NCBI GenBank assembly: GCA_020632095.1
Contig: JACKGF010000001.1
Coordinates: forward strand, 6,549-70,548
Length of the DNA: 64,000 nt
DNA from: Candidatus Nomurabacteria bacterium
GTDB taxonomy: Bacteria > Patescibacteriota > Minisyncoccia > Phycocordibacterales > UBA918
Direction: 5' to 3'
Each line of letters begins with the position of its first letter. Position 1 is the stretch's first letter. Positions 54,411 through 64,000 of the stretch are shown piece after piece. Position numbers and translations under genes: made by a program. The notes beneath the pieces are model-generated. The model made no database searches, had not been told where the DNA came from, and saw only the letters and a list, made by a program, of their open reading frames with translations.

Positions 54411-54890
54411 CTATTTTTTCTTGAAAAAAATATTGGTAATGAAGGCGAATATCAAGATGGATATAACTGATAAAGGTATAATCGAAGTGTATAGTTCTTC
54501 CCTCGGAGTTACTCCATAGTGAGGGGTTTGGTCGGCTAAATATAATAATAACCAGTAGGATAGGTTAAATAAAACAGACCACTTCAGGCTTTTTTGTAGA
54601 ACTAAGTTCGGGTTAAGTCTTTGATTTGCTATTTGTCTGCCAATTATCCATGATGACAGGCTAGTTCCTATTGTTGTGATGACAATGATATTGGTTAACT
54701 CTTGGGTGAAGGTGGAGAAATAGAAACCAAAAATATCAGACACCAAAGGAAAGTCAGAAAAAATTAACGACACTATTATGGCTTGTGTCATAAGCATGAA
54801 AAGTAGACTTAAGACGATATGTTTGAACCCTAATTTTGTGATCAAAGAAAGACTGATTGGATTTTTTATTTCTTTATTTAAAAACGACAT
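54411..54890 (-). CDS. hypothetical membrane protein (4 TM)
   Basis: Hydropathy only. Confidence 0.45.
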   Translation of the reverse strand: MSFLNKEIKNPISLSLITKLGFKHIVLSLLFMLMTQAIIVSLIFSDFPLVSDIFGFYFSTFTQELTNIIVITTIGTSLSSWIIGRQIANQRLNPNLVLQKSLKWSVLFNLSYWLLLYLADQTPHYGVTPREELYTSIIPLSVISILIFAFITNIFFKKK

Positions 54891-55043
54891 GATTTAAATA
54901 TATCACAGCAATTATGTAAAATACGAAAGAAATAAATCATGTGTAGTGGAAACAATCTGTTGAGTGTGGTGTTCACTATAAATGTTAACAAATTAGACTT
55001 GTTCACTACCATATGCAAATTCTAGTTACGTATAATTATGTTG

Positions 55044-55784
55044 CTATTTCTCGGATGCGTTATTCCAAAGTAAATCAAAAAGGGAAGTAATCATCTGGTT
55101 GATGTTTTTGTCCTCAAGGACTACGATTGAAACTTTGTTGTCTAGTGATACTGTTGCTATTTTTTTACCCCAAATAAGCATGATTGACTCGAAGGGGATT
55201 GGGGGTTTGATGGCGCGAGTTTCGTGTTGGGCTATTAGGTCGAAACCTTTAACTTTGTCGGCAATTGGGGACTCTTCAATCAAAATACGGGCGCGGATGT
55301 TGTGTTTGAGTCTACGAATCATAAAACCAGGGAAGTGGTCGGGAAGTAGTTGGTCTAGGTCGTGAGCTGGGGTAATTAAAAGTATTTCTTTTGCTTCAGA
55401 AATAATTTCACTTTCAACTACTCTAAAACCCGTTTCGTCATAGAATGAACGAACGGTTGGTTGATTTTCAGCTGAGAATTGTGTCAGTTTTAATTTTGGG
55501 AGCAAGTCATCAATCAATGTCTTGTTTCTATCTAACCATACCGAAATTGAGCTTGGGTCAGATGGGGTAAAATGAAATCGGTTTTTATGCTTGTATCGCG
55601 AAACAAAGCCTCGCTCGTGTAATGATGACAAAGTGTCTTTAGTGGTAGATTTAGGCAGCTTAGCTTCCTCGGCTATACGTGAGACCCGAGCGTTCCCAAC
55701 TCTAAGACTGGCTAGGTAGACAATGGCTTCATTCTCAGTAAAGCCTAGTTTTACTAATTGATTGGTGTATTTCATATAAAACAA
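55044..55784 (-). CDS. TrmB-family sugar-responsive transcriptional regulator
   Basis: N-terminal winged HTH LGFTENEAIVYLASLRVGNARVSRIAEEAKLPKSTTKDTLSSLHERGFV plus a TrmB C-terminal sensor-like domain. It lies divergent to a glycosidase gene. Confidence 0.65.
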   Translation of the reverse strand: MFYMKYTNQLVKLGFTENEAIVYLASLRVGNARVSRIAEEAKLPKSTTKDTLSSLHERGFVSRYKHKNRFHFTPSDPSSISVWLDRNKTLIDDLLPKLKLTQFSAENQPTVRSFYDETGFRVVESEIISEAKEILLITPAHDLDQLLPDHFPGFMIRRLKHNIRARILIEESPIADKVKGFDLIAQHETRAIKPPIPFESIMLIWGKKIATVSLDNKVSIVVLEDKNINQMITSLFDLLWNNASEK

Positions 55785-55949
55785 CGACGAATCCGTCGAT
55801 ATATACTATACAAAATAGCTATATAAATAGCAAGTATTTTAAATATTAAGACAAAATCGTGCGTAGTACTTGTGTATTTTTGTAAATTTTGTATGTTGCT
55901 GTAGGTGGTAGTTCATTGATAGTTAACTGTTATACAAAAGGAGAAAGAT

Positions 55950-57020
55950 ATGAAAATCACTACAAATAAAAATGATGAAGCGTCTCAAATTCTGTACTCA
56001 TGCTTGAGTGAAGGAAATGGTGTCTTTGCTTCACCAGATCGCTACAAATACCAGTGTTGGACTCGTGATCTGGCGCTTGCTGTGGCTCCACTATTACTTG
56101 AAATGGGTGAGACGGTGATTGTTCGAACTCATCTTAAAAATCTCTCTGAAAAGCAATGTGAAAATGGTCAGATTCCAATATTGTTCTTGAGTGACGAGGT
56201 GGCTTGGAGGAGTAAAAAAGTATCCGAGCGGGGCCAGAACTCATTTATGGTCGTTAGGTATGATAAAGGAAGGTTGTGGAATTTGACGCCAGGAACAAAA
56301 GACTCTGAAATATTGTATGTGATTGCGATGTATGAATATGCTATTGCAACCGGTGATCTAAGTCTTATTGATGAATATGGAGACAGAATAAAGCTTGCGA
56401 TGAAGTATGTTGAAGTTCACAATCTTAATGACTCTGGTTTGGCAGTTGGAGCAGATTGGCGGGATACGATGGAGGTATTTTTGTCTGATAAAGCACTACT
56501 TTCAAATAATGTGCTTCTTGCTCAGGCTTACAATCTAATGGGTGAAAAGGAAAAAGCCGAAAAGCAAAGGAGGATGATTATGATGTATTTCTGGAAGAAT
56601 AAAAACTTTACGGACTACATTCCAGGTGGTAACAGACCAGATCCGCTGGGAATTGCTCTCGGGATACTTTGTGAAGCTGTACCAAGAGAAGTTTATCCCC
56701 ATGCACTCAGATTACTGCACTCAGTCGATAGTGATTTTGGGGTAACGATTAAGTGTATTCATAACCCTTATACAGACGGCGAAGAAGAGGTTTTTGAAAG
56801 GACCAAAGGAATCGTGGTATGGCCGTTTGTGGTGGGCTTTTCTGTGATGGCTCTGCATAAAATGGGCTATTATGATGAAGCTCAAGCACTCTTTCAAAAA
56901 ATGGAAAATCTAGACGGTTTCTACGAGTGGTACGACCCAACAACCGGTAAAGGCTGGGGTGCAAAAGAACAGTTGTGGAGTGCATCGCTCTACCTAAGAG
57001 CAAAGATGTGTATCAGTTAA
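55950..57020 (+). CDS. (alpha/alpha)6-barrel glycoside hydrolase (GH15/GH63/GH100-like)
   Basis: YKYQCWTRDLALA (W-x-RD) and other six-hairpin glycosidase blocks. Confidence 0.5.
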   Translation: MKITTNKNDEASQILYSCLSEGNGVFASPDRYKYQCWTRDLALAVAPLLLEMGETVIVRTHLKNLSEKQCENGQIPILFLSDEVAWRSKKVSERGQNSFMVVRYDKGRLWNLTPGTKDSEILYVIAMYEYAIATGDLSLIDEYGDRIKLAMKYVEVHNLNDSGLAVGADWRDTMEVFLSDKALLSNNVLLAQAYNLMGEKEKAEKQRRMIMMYFWKNKNFTDYIPGGNRPDPLGIALGILCEAVPREVYPHALRLLHSVDSDFGVTIKCIHNPYTDGEEEVFERTKGIVVWPFVVGFSVMALHKMGYYDEAQALFQKMENLDGFYEWYDPTTGKGWGAKEQLWSASLYLRAKMCIS

Positions 57021-57199
57021 CAATTTGTCGTACAAACTGCTGTCCGGTTTCAAGGATGGCAGTTTTTTGATACCTTATAACCTAATCATTATACATTTTT
57101 ATTGTATAGAGTTTAAGCTCGTAAACATAATTTATAGTACTTGTTTGGTTATTAATGGTTCAGGGTCTTTATTGTATTGTAATTTGGTATAGTTAGTAG

Positions 57200-57517
57200 A
57201 TGGAAAGTCCAAAAATTAGACAGAACAATATTGAGTCAAATATGGAGCTGATTCCTTTGACAGAAATGGCCGAACAGCTTGATAAACTGCAATCTGATGA
57301 GAGTTCTGGTCGAGGTATTTCTTGTGTTAAAGATATTATAGGCCAATTAAAGCTTGATAACCTGGATTATGCCCGTCGAACTGCCTCGATGAATCATGAT
57401 AAAATTAGTAATTATCCTGAAGTGATGATGTACATTCGTGATGAATTGTTTAAAGGAGAAAGTGACCATCCTTGGAAAATTCTCGATCGCCTGCGTGAAT
57501 TAGATATGCCGGAATAG
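57200..57517 (+). CDS. hypothetical protein
   Basis: 105-aa ORF with no motif. Confidence 0.4.
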   Translation: MESPKIRQNNIESNMELIPLTEMAEQLDKLQSDESSGRGISCVKDIIGQLKLDNLDYARRTASMNHDKISNYPEVMMYIRDELFKGESDHPWKILDRLRELDMPE

Positions 57518-57534
57518 TACCATTTGTCTTAAGA

Positions 57535-58735
57535 ATGCTCGAAAAAAGTCTACAAAATAACATATGGAAGTTTACGGTGATGCTTATATCGAATAAGCGT
57601 ATTTTTGTTGCTATTTTGGGAGCTTATTATTTAACCGTTCCAGGGGTTACTCCGGCTGTAATTGGTACGATTTTGTTAATCAGTACTTTTGCGGGTTTCT
57701 TGTTGGAGATCCCAAGTGGTTACGTGTCAGATAAGTTAGGGCATAAACAGGCTTTGGTTACTGCAAGAGTAATGATGATAATTTCAACCAGCCTCTACAT
57801 TTTTGCTAATGATGAAATATTTTTAATTCTGGCAGGGATATTTTTGAGTATTAGTCAGGCCTTTAATAGTGGTACAGCAAGTGCTTTTCTGCATGAGACA
57901 CTTCGAGCACTCAATCAAGAAGATAACTATACTAACGTAATGGGTAAGGCGCGATCGATAGGTTTTGCGGTTCCGATTGCACTTATGGTCTTGGTACCAT
58001 TCTTTGTCAGTATTAGTTATAAGGCACCATTTGTTTTGGCTCTAGTCATAGATATTATCGGATTTTTTGCGGTCGCTTCACTAGTAGTTCCGCCAGTAAC
58101 TCAAGAACATATTGATGAGGTTGGGGTGACTAATTTCAAACAAGTTATGCTGGAGGGGTATAGATTTAACTATTTAGGAATAGCAATTTTCACTGGTATT
58201 GTCAGCGGAGTTTTGTTTAGTACTGGTATATATAGGGCTGTGTATCAAGTTTTTTTTAGAAGTTCCAATTATTTGGTTCGGAGTGTTTTTTGGAGTTGGT
58301 AGAGTGTTCGCTTCGCTCCTGCTTGCTTATAGTGGAAAAATTAAGTCACACTTTACACTAGCTTCATTTTATGGAATGTATGTGACGTTTTGTGCTGTAT
58401 TGATACTAATCTTAGGAGTTACAGATATAGTATGGATAGTGGTTTTGATTTTTATTACTCTTAACGCCATTCAATGGGGTTTAAGTGGTGTTGATGAAGG
58501 CTTTCAATTGGGCATAATAAAGTCTAGTAAGTTTAAGGCTACTTTGTTGTCTGTTAGTTCACAGGTAAAATTGTTGTTTCAGGGAATTTCTAGTTTTGGA
58601 TTAGGGCTGGCAATTGAAAAATTTTCTTATCAATACGGATTTTTGTTACTTGGGATTGTCTTTTTGTTGGTTCTTGGACCTTTGTATTTATATATTTTGA
58701 AGCGGAGTAAGGAGGGAGCTTATGGGAATGTCTAA
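57535..58735 (+). pseudogene. MFS-type transporter interrupted by a frameshift at a T8 homopolymer
   Basis: Track ORFs 57535..58302 and 58199..58735 are both multi-TM and overlap in different frames. The frame switch maps to TTTTTTTT at 58250-58257. This is a possible slip-strand phase-variable gene or an assembly error. Confidence 0.45.
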
Positions 58736-58830
58736 TATTGTGTCGTTGTGTTTTAGGGTAATGTTATATTCTGTATTAAGCGAAGTAGTTCCCGCGGACT
58801 TTCCGCAGTAAACAAATTGGAGGTGGGTAT

Positions 58831-59067
58831 ATGGTAGAGATTATTGGCCTGATTGTAGTAGTTTTCATTTCGTCGGCCTTTGTCGGTTTCTTGGCAGGCT
58901 TAGAATGGTTTCAAATTCTAGTATTTCTTTTAGGAGGCCCATTAATTGGGCTCGCTATAAGCATGGCGTGTGAACCGCCTGCCAAATTCAGGCTAGAGTC
59001 ACGGCTGGGTGGGTTCGACAAGAACAGTAGGAAGCTGACAATACTCGGTGTCAAAAATCGGTACTGA
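58831..59067 (+). CDS. small membrane protein (78 aa)
   Basis: Two TM helices and no motif. Confidence 0.3.
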   Translation: MVEIIGLIVVVFISSAFVGFLAGLEWFQILVFLLGGPLIGLAISMACEPPAKFRLESRLGGFDKNSRKLTILGVKNRY

Positions 59068-59223
59068 ACCATTTGGAAGAGGGTATGAATAAACTGATTG
59101 AGAAGATAAAAAGCTGGCGCTTATGAGCCAATAAATGTTGAGATTATTAGGTAACATTTGTCCAGCTTAACTTAAAGTAGTTAATTTTGATATATATAGT
59201 AATATTTCTTACAGGAGGTAATT

Positions 59224-59409
59224 ATGTTAAGAGAATTTGTTTGTTTTGTAGTGCTGAGTCTGTTGTCATATTGGCTCAGTATATATTTTGAAAAGGGATT
59301 TTTGGTGGCTATCTGGCTATCTGGTGTTTGTGCATTTTTTTGCCTTTTTATCCACTCCATCTACTTATTCGTGAAATGGAGTGATAATCGGAGGGGAATA
59401 AGACGATAG
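59224..59409 (+). CDS. small membrane protein (61 aa)
   Basis: Preceded by AGGAGG at 59212-59217. Two TM helices. Confidence 0.35.
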   Translation: MLREFVCFVVLSLLSYWLSIYFEKGFLVAIWLSGVCAFFCLFIHSIYLFVKWSDNRRGIRR

Positions 59410-59430
59410 TAAAAGTCTAGCTCAAGCAGT

Positions 59431-59455
59431 AAACCGCCCGCTCAGGGCGGTTTTT
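59431..59455 (+). terminator. rho-independent terminator
   Basis: AAACCGCCC-gctca-GGGCGGTTTTT. Confidence 0.55.
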
Positions 59456-59559
59456 CTAGCTATTTACAAAAAATCAAGTTCGTGGCATTATCGTTGAAGG
59501 AAAAGTGGCTATGAAGTTGTTTTTAAACTCGTTCTCAACTCAAGATATGGAGGTCTCAA

Positions 59560-59958
59560 GTGAATATTGATACTCAGCGAGAAATTGATTTGGTTAAGTT
59601 GGCTTTTGGACAGTTTTTTGGGGTCTTTTTACCTTACATTTTATTTGTGGCGGTCGAGTTCAGTTCCGAGGATCGTGCAGCAGGGTATGATTACATGTAT
59701 TATTCCTTGGTGTTTTCAGTAATTATTTCTCTTGTTTACTTCATGGCTATTCATTTCCAGACGAAAGTCTTACTGAACGAACATGAGTTCCCTGTGTGTA
59801 AGAACGGTATACACGATGATGTTAGGCTACTGCTAAGAGGAAATCGGTGCTGGCAGTATTTAACGCCTGTCCTCGGATTTTGGTGGTTTGATAATCATCC
59901 AAAGTTATACCGGGGTGTAAAAGCAGTTCTGGCAAATAAGGGGTATCTAGAGGAGTGA
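59560..59958 (+). CDS. hypothetical membrane protein
   Basis: GTG/ATG start and 2 TM helices. Confidence 0.45.
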   Translation: MNIDTQREIDLVKLAFGQFFGVFLPYILFVAVEFSSEDRAAGYDYMYYSLVFSVIISLVYFMAIHFQTKVLLNEHEFPVCKNGIHDDVRLLLRGNRCWQYLTPVLGFWWFDNHPKLYRGVKAVLANKGYLEE

Positions 59959-59965
59959 GGGTTAT

Positions 59966-59994
59966 AGACGGCAGAAGCTTTGCTTCTGCCGTCT
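59966..59994 (+). terminator. 13-bp-stem hairpin after the 59560 gene
   Basis: AGACGGCAGAAGC-ttt-GCTTCTGCCGTCT. Confidence 0.4.
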
Positions 59995-60041
59995 ATTCGA
60001 TTCTACTAACCAACTCAACCTTCAAGTGCTATAATATTTAG

Positions 60042-60563
60042 ATGAAAAAAGCGGATTTTCTTAGTGTATTAATCACTTTTGTGGTTGGAGCTTTGGCGGG
60101 GGCGTATTTGTATACAACACAATTTGCTCCAACAGCGACTATCAGTGCCTTGCCAACCAAGGAAAAACTCTCTGAATTCTCTATCACTAGTGAAGTTTAT
60201 GGTGGTTGTCGCGATGCTTGCCCGACTTTTCATGTAGAAAATGACGGTTCTTATAGATATTTTTATAATCCAATTCAAGGTGAAGCTCCAGTGTCGAGAA
60301 AGGGTAGTTTGCCAGCCAAACTTCAAAAAGAGTTAAGAAATACCCTAACTCCAGATTTATTAAAGGTTCAATCAAAAACAAAACAGCCTGTAGTTTGTAA
60401 TTCCTATACTGACGGGATTGATGTTTCTTACGTGGTGGTGGTAGATGGTCAAGAATTCAAGCTTAATTCATGCGGAACAGCAGTTGATGCTGAGGGAAAA
60501 CTTTGGAAAACTCTAGGTAGTGTGTGGGACTACTTTGAAACCTCTGGGAGTACGGAAGGCTAG
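60042..60563 (+). CDS. hypothetical secreted protein
   Basis: Signal peptide or anchor. No motif. Confidence 0.5.
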   Translation: MKKADFLSVLITFVVGALAGAYLYTTQFAPTATISALPTKEKLSEFSITSEVYGGCRDACPTFHVENDGSYRYFYNPIQGEAPVSRKGSLPAKLQKELRNTLTPDLLKVQSKTKQPVVCNSYTDGIDVSYVVVVDGQEFKLNSCGTAVDAEGKLWKTLGSVWDYFETSGSTEG

Positions 60564-60748
60564 TTTTAGATAGTAGACATTTACTACGGCTAATTATATA
60601 GGTCTTTAAGGTTGTTTGCTTGTCAAAACGAAATTCTATTTCACAGTGTCTGTTTGGTGAAATGAGTTCAGGAGTCGTTCGTAATAAATAGGGCAAAGAA
60701 ATTTAGTTTTTGCGCTAGGAAATTATCGATTTACACTGATATTATTTT

Positions 60749-61360
60749 ATGCAATCAAAATCATTACTAATTGCTATTGCTGCTTTTGCAGTGACAGCCA
60801 CTGGAGTTCATGCTTACGGCGGACCAAATATATTAAGTAGGGCTGGTTTGTCGGAAAAACAAGTAATTGCTATTCAAGAAGCCCAACAATTAAAAGCGAC
60901 TGGAAACGACACTGCTGCTAGGGACAGATTGGCTGAAGCTGGGATTACTGAAGAGACATTAAAATCGATTCATCGAGCAGCCAAAGCGGTTAAGGTAGAA
61001 ATGAGAGAAGCTTTGAAAGATGGTGATTATGAGGCTTTTAAGAAAGCAGTAGCAGATGGTCCTTTGTCAGACGTAGTTGTGTCTGAAGATGACTTTAAAA
61101 AGTTTCGTCAAGCACATGATTTAAGATTAAATGGTGAATGGGCTGAAGCGGCTGATATTCTGGAGGAGCTCGGAGTTGATGTAGACAAAAAACACTTTTA
61201 CCAGAAGGGTTTAAAGAAAGGTTTTATGAGTCATTTGAGTGAAGATCAGAGAAGCGCACTTCAGGTAGCAAAACAAGCAAATGACAGAGCAACTATGCAG
61301 GCGATTATGGATGAAGCTGGGTTAGATTTTGGACATCGGTTTGGACATCGAGGAGAATAA
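60749..61360 (+). CDS. hypothetical secreted helical protein
   Basis: Signal peptide MQSKSLLIAIAAFAVTATGVHA. Lys/Glu/Ala-rich. Confidence 0.5.
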   Translation: MQSKSLLIAIAAFAVTATGVHAYGGPNILSRAGLSEKQVIAIQEAQQLKATGNDTAARDRLAEAGITEETLKSIHRAAKAVKVEMREALKDGDYEAFKKAVADGPLSDVVVSEDDFKKFRQAHDLRLNGEWAEAADILEELGVDVDKKHFYQKGLKKGFMSHLSEDQRSALQVAKQANDRATMQAIMDEAGLDFGHRFGHRGE

Positions 61361-61376
61361 TTGTTGACATAAAAAT

Positions 61377-61407
61377 GAGCGGCACCTAACGGCGCCGCTC
61401 TTTTTTT
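61377..61407 (+). terminator. rho-independent terminator
   Basis: GAGCGGC-acctaacggc-GCCGCTC followed by TTTTTTT. Confidence 0.6.
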
Positions 61408-61421
61408 GATATGATAATGGA

Positions 61422-62081
61422 ATGAACTATTTTCTCTTTACTCTGGTGTTTGTTTTTTTAATTTCTGGTACGGCTTTGGCTTATAGCCCAATCGTGTCTG
61501 AGGTAAAAAGACCTTATGATATTATTTCGCTTGAAGAGAAGCCTGAAGCTAAACAAGAGTATCTCGGCGAATTACTTGATTACCCAGTAATGTATGAGAT
61601 TACGTCAGAAGAATCATTTACCCTTAAGGCTGAGGTTAGTCAGTTGTACGTGTCAGGGTCTCTACCAGTTCCATTTTCTTTAATTATGGTCAGAAAAAAT
61701 GATCGCGGTGGGGGAGTGACTGAGGTAGCAAGACTCAAAGCTGATGATGTTAATTGGGTAACAAAAAAAGACCCAGTACTAGGTCTTAATTTTTGGTATG
61801 GAGAAAGTTTGTCTAGAGAAGTTGAGGCTGGAACTTATCGAATCGAGATTAGTACAGTAGACAATTCAGGTAAGTACCTAATTACATTTGGTCAAGAGGA
61901 ACAATCGGTTGGGTATTTGCAAATGTTATCTAATATTAGAAACACTCAGAAGTTTTTCGGTTTTTCGGTTTTTAAAATGTTGATGTCTTCATATGTGTAT
62001 TATATGCTTGGAGTTATTTTGCTAGTCTTTGTAATTTATCAGACGTGGCGTAACCGTAAGTTATTGGCTCATGTTAAGTAA
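61422..62081 (+). CDS. hypothetical protein with a signal peptide and a C-terminal TM anchor
   Basis: N-terminal and C-terminal hydrophobic segments. No motif. Confidence 0.5.
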   Translation: MNYFLFTLVFVFLISGTALAYSPIVSEVKRPYDIISLEEKPEAKQEYLGELLDYPVMYEITSEESFTLKAEVSQLYVSGSLPVPFSLIMVRKNDRGGGVTEVARLKADDVNWVTKKDPVLGLNFWYGESLSREVEAGTYRIEISTVDNSGKYLITFGQEEQSVGYLQMLSNIRNTQKFFGFSVFKMLMSSYVYYMLGVILLVFVIYQTWRNRKLLAHVK

Positions 62082-62258
62082 AGCGATTGTATTAATTATT
62101 GCAGCTATTGTTTTTGCTTACTTTGCCAACCAAGCTTTCCTTGGTCATCTGTAGACAAATCAGTTAAAATTCAGTATTGTAGCAGGGTTCGATGGCACGC
62201 GAGCTAAGCTTGCGTGCCTCTCTTATTCAATTATTATTTTTTAACACTGGTTTTATTT

Positions 62259-64000
62259 ATGTCACAAGAAATTCGCAACATCGCTATTATTGCTCACGTA
62301 GACCACGGCAAGACCACCTTGACCGACGGTTTGATGGAGTTTACTGGTTCACGCGATGAAGGAGCGTCTATGGATAGTAACGCGCTGGAACAAGAGCGAG
62401 GAATTACTATCTATGCAAAAAACACCTCTGTGACCTATAAGGACACCAAAATAAATATTGTTGACACTCCTGGTCACGCCGACTTTGGTTCTGAGGTGGA
62501 ACGAGTTTTGCGTTCTATCGACTCAGTGTTGTTGGTGGTGGACGCACAGGAAGGACCAATGCCACAAACACGCTTCGTTCTCAAGAAGTCCCTTGAGCTT
62601 GGTTTGAAGCCAATAGTGATTATCAATAAGATTGATAAACCGGCTGCTAATCCTGATCTCTGTGAAGAACAAGTGCTTGAGTTATTTCTTGAACTAGGGG
62701 CCACCGATGAGCAATCAAATTTTCCAGTAGTATATGCGATTGGTCGTGATAATGTCGCGAAATTGAAAATGGAAGATGAGTTGGTTGACCTATCACCGGT
62801 ACTTGATACTGTGCTGGAACACGTCCCAGCTGCTAAAGTTTATGTTGAAGGCGAAGCCTTGCGTGCTCAAGTGTTTAATCTTGGCTACGATAACTTCCTT
62901 GGACGGCTCGCAGTAGCTCGCATTTACGATGGAAAGGTTTCTAAAGGACAAAATGTAATTATTAAACACGAAGGTCAGGAAAATAAGAAAGGAAAGGTGG
63001 TGAAGCTGTCTGGCTACGTAGGAGTACATCAAATTGAGCTACAAGAAGCTTTTGCAGGCGATATTGTACTGATTGCTGGACTGTCTGATATTAACATTGG
63101 TGAAACTATCACTGATAGTGAATCGGCTGAAGTTTTGCCCGCTATCTCTGTCGATGAGCCAACGGTTAAAATGCAGTTTTTGGTAAACAGTTCTCCTTTT
63201 GCTGGGCGAGAAGGGAAGTACGTCACATCACGCCAGATTGGCGATCGACTAGAAAAAGAAATGGAGATTAACGTTGGTCTACAAGTGGAGCGACATGGTG
63301 ATGTTTACGATGTGAGTGGCCGAGGTGAAATGCATATTGCTATTTTGCTAGAAAATATGCGTCGAGAAGGTTACGAAATGTCAGTTTCTCAACCGCGCGT
63401 AATCATTAAGGAAATTGACGGTGAGAAATGCGAGCCATTTGAGGAAGTGACAGTTGATGTGCCAGTTGAATACCAAGGGTCTGTGATAGAAAAATTGTCT
63501 AATCGCGCCTTTATAATGCAAAACATGATTCCGCACGAGAATCAGGTACGACTTCTTTTTGAAGGTCCAACTCGAGGATTGCTTGGTTATAAGAATCAAT
63601 TTGTTATTGATACGAGAGGTGAAGGAATTTTGGCTTCTCGATTTATTGAGTTCCGTAAATACGCTGGTGAAATTAAGAAGCGACAGGTTGGCTCAATGAT
63701 TTCAATGGCGACAGGAAAGGCACTTGGTTTTGCACTCTTTGGTCTACAAGACAGAGGGGAGCTATACATAGGGGCAGGAACTGAAGTTTATGAAGGAATG
63801 GTGATTGGTAACACTAGTAAAGGTGAAGAAATGACCGTTAATCCAACCAAAGGAAAACAGTTGACTAACATGCGAGCGGCTGGAAACGACGATGCTACTA
63901 CTTTGGTACCACACCGACCACTTTCGATTGAAATTGGACTTGAAATCGTCCAAGCTGATGAGTACTTAGAAGTTTGTCCAATTTCTGTGCGCTTGAGAAA
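62259..64000 (+). CDS. typA: translational GTPase TypA/BipA (3' end beyond the window)
   Basis: MSQEIRNIAIIAHVDHGKTTLTDGLM (G1), DTPGHADF (G3) and NKIDK (G4), then trGTPase domains II-V. There is no stop before the end of the window. Confidence 0.9.
   Translation, partial: MSQEIRNIAIIAHVDHGKTTLTDGLMEFTGSRDEGASMDSNALEQERGITIYAKNTSVTYKDTKINIVDTPGHADFGSEVERVLRSIDSVLLVVDAQEGPMPQTRFVLKKSLELGLKPIVIINKIDKPAANPDLCEEQVLELFLELGATDEQSNFPVVYAIGRDNVAKLKMEDELVDLSPVLDTVLEHVPAAKVYVEGEALRAQVFNLGYDNFLGRLAVARIYDGKVSKGQNVIIKHEGQENKKGKVVKLSGYVGVHQIELQEAFAGDIVLIAGLSDINIGETITDSESAEVLPAISVDEPTVKMQFLVNSSPFAGREGKYVTSRQIGDRLEKEMEINVGLQVERHGDVYDVSGRGEMHIAILLENMRREGYEMSVSQPRVIIKEIDGEKCEPFEEVTVDVPVEYQGSVIEKLSNRAFIMQNMIPHENQVRLLFEGPTRGLLGYKNQFVIDTRGEGILASRFIEFRKYAGEIKKRQVGSMISMATGKALGFALFGLQDRGELYIGAGTEVYEGMVIGNTSKGEEMTVNPTKGKQLTNMRAAGNDDATTLVPHRPLSIEIGLEIVQADEYLEVCPISVRLR

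Noticed and set aside
62190-62225. Hairpin GGCACGC..GCGTGCC upstream of typA, as a regulatory element
   Set aside because: It has a single modest 7-bp stem and no further evidence. It may simply be the terminator of the preceding gene.
1-64000. CRISPR array, cas genes, reverse transcriptase, retron or diversity-generating retroelement
   Set aside because: There are no regularly spaced direct repeats of 25-40 bp with unique spacers. There are no Cas, RT or template/variable-repeat pairs. The only repeats found are short hairpin elements and coding tandem repeats.

Overview
This 64-kb window is AT-rich and gene-dense, and most genes sit on the + strand with tiny or overlapping intergenic spacers. 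The gene content (many small hypothetical membrane/secreted proteins, few recognisable RBSs, glycan-active enzymes) fits a reduced genome of the Candidate Phyla Radiation (Patescibacteria) or a similar small-genome bacterium. Housekeeping genes recognised from conserved motifs are argS, rsgA, mltG, a P-type cation ATPase, htrA/degP, rnj (RNase J), secG, groES-groEL, a lemA-DUF2207-htpX group, tRNA-Ser(GGA) and the 5' part of typA/bipA. Accessory content includes two DsbA-like thiol-disulfide oxidoreductases, a standalone response regulator divergent from a GGDEF (GGEEL-variant) diguanylate cyclase, a GT2-GH1-GH5-like sugar cluster, and a TrmB regulator divergent from an (alpha/alpha)6 glycosidase. 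The most interesting feature is a compact operon at about 17.2-21.4 kb. It encodes a DUF1704/MATCAP-like HExxxH..EEGLA putative metallocarboxypeptidase, a 7-TM membrane protein, and a RimK-related ATP-grasp ligase fused to a retropepsin-like DTGA aspartyl-protease domain. A second, diverged MATCAP-like paralog lies about 2 kb downstream. Together this looks like an uncharacterised C-terminal amino-acid ligation and trimming module. Other features worth a second look are:
- an IS200/IS605 remnant, a truncated tnpA with left-end hairpins;
- a 22-bp dispersed palindromic repeat family found at three loci;
- identical terminator hairpins bracketing a 1022-aa Cys-repeat surface protein gene;
- a 134-nt structured tRNA-like element that duplicates the 3' end of the adjacent tRNA-Ser, followed by about 550 bp of GC-richer, ORF-poor, palindrome-rich sequence;
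- an MFS transporter interrupted at a T8 homopolymer;
- a DnaA-box pair in a convergent intergenic region.
All calls rest on by-eye motif recognition, and no database search could be run.
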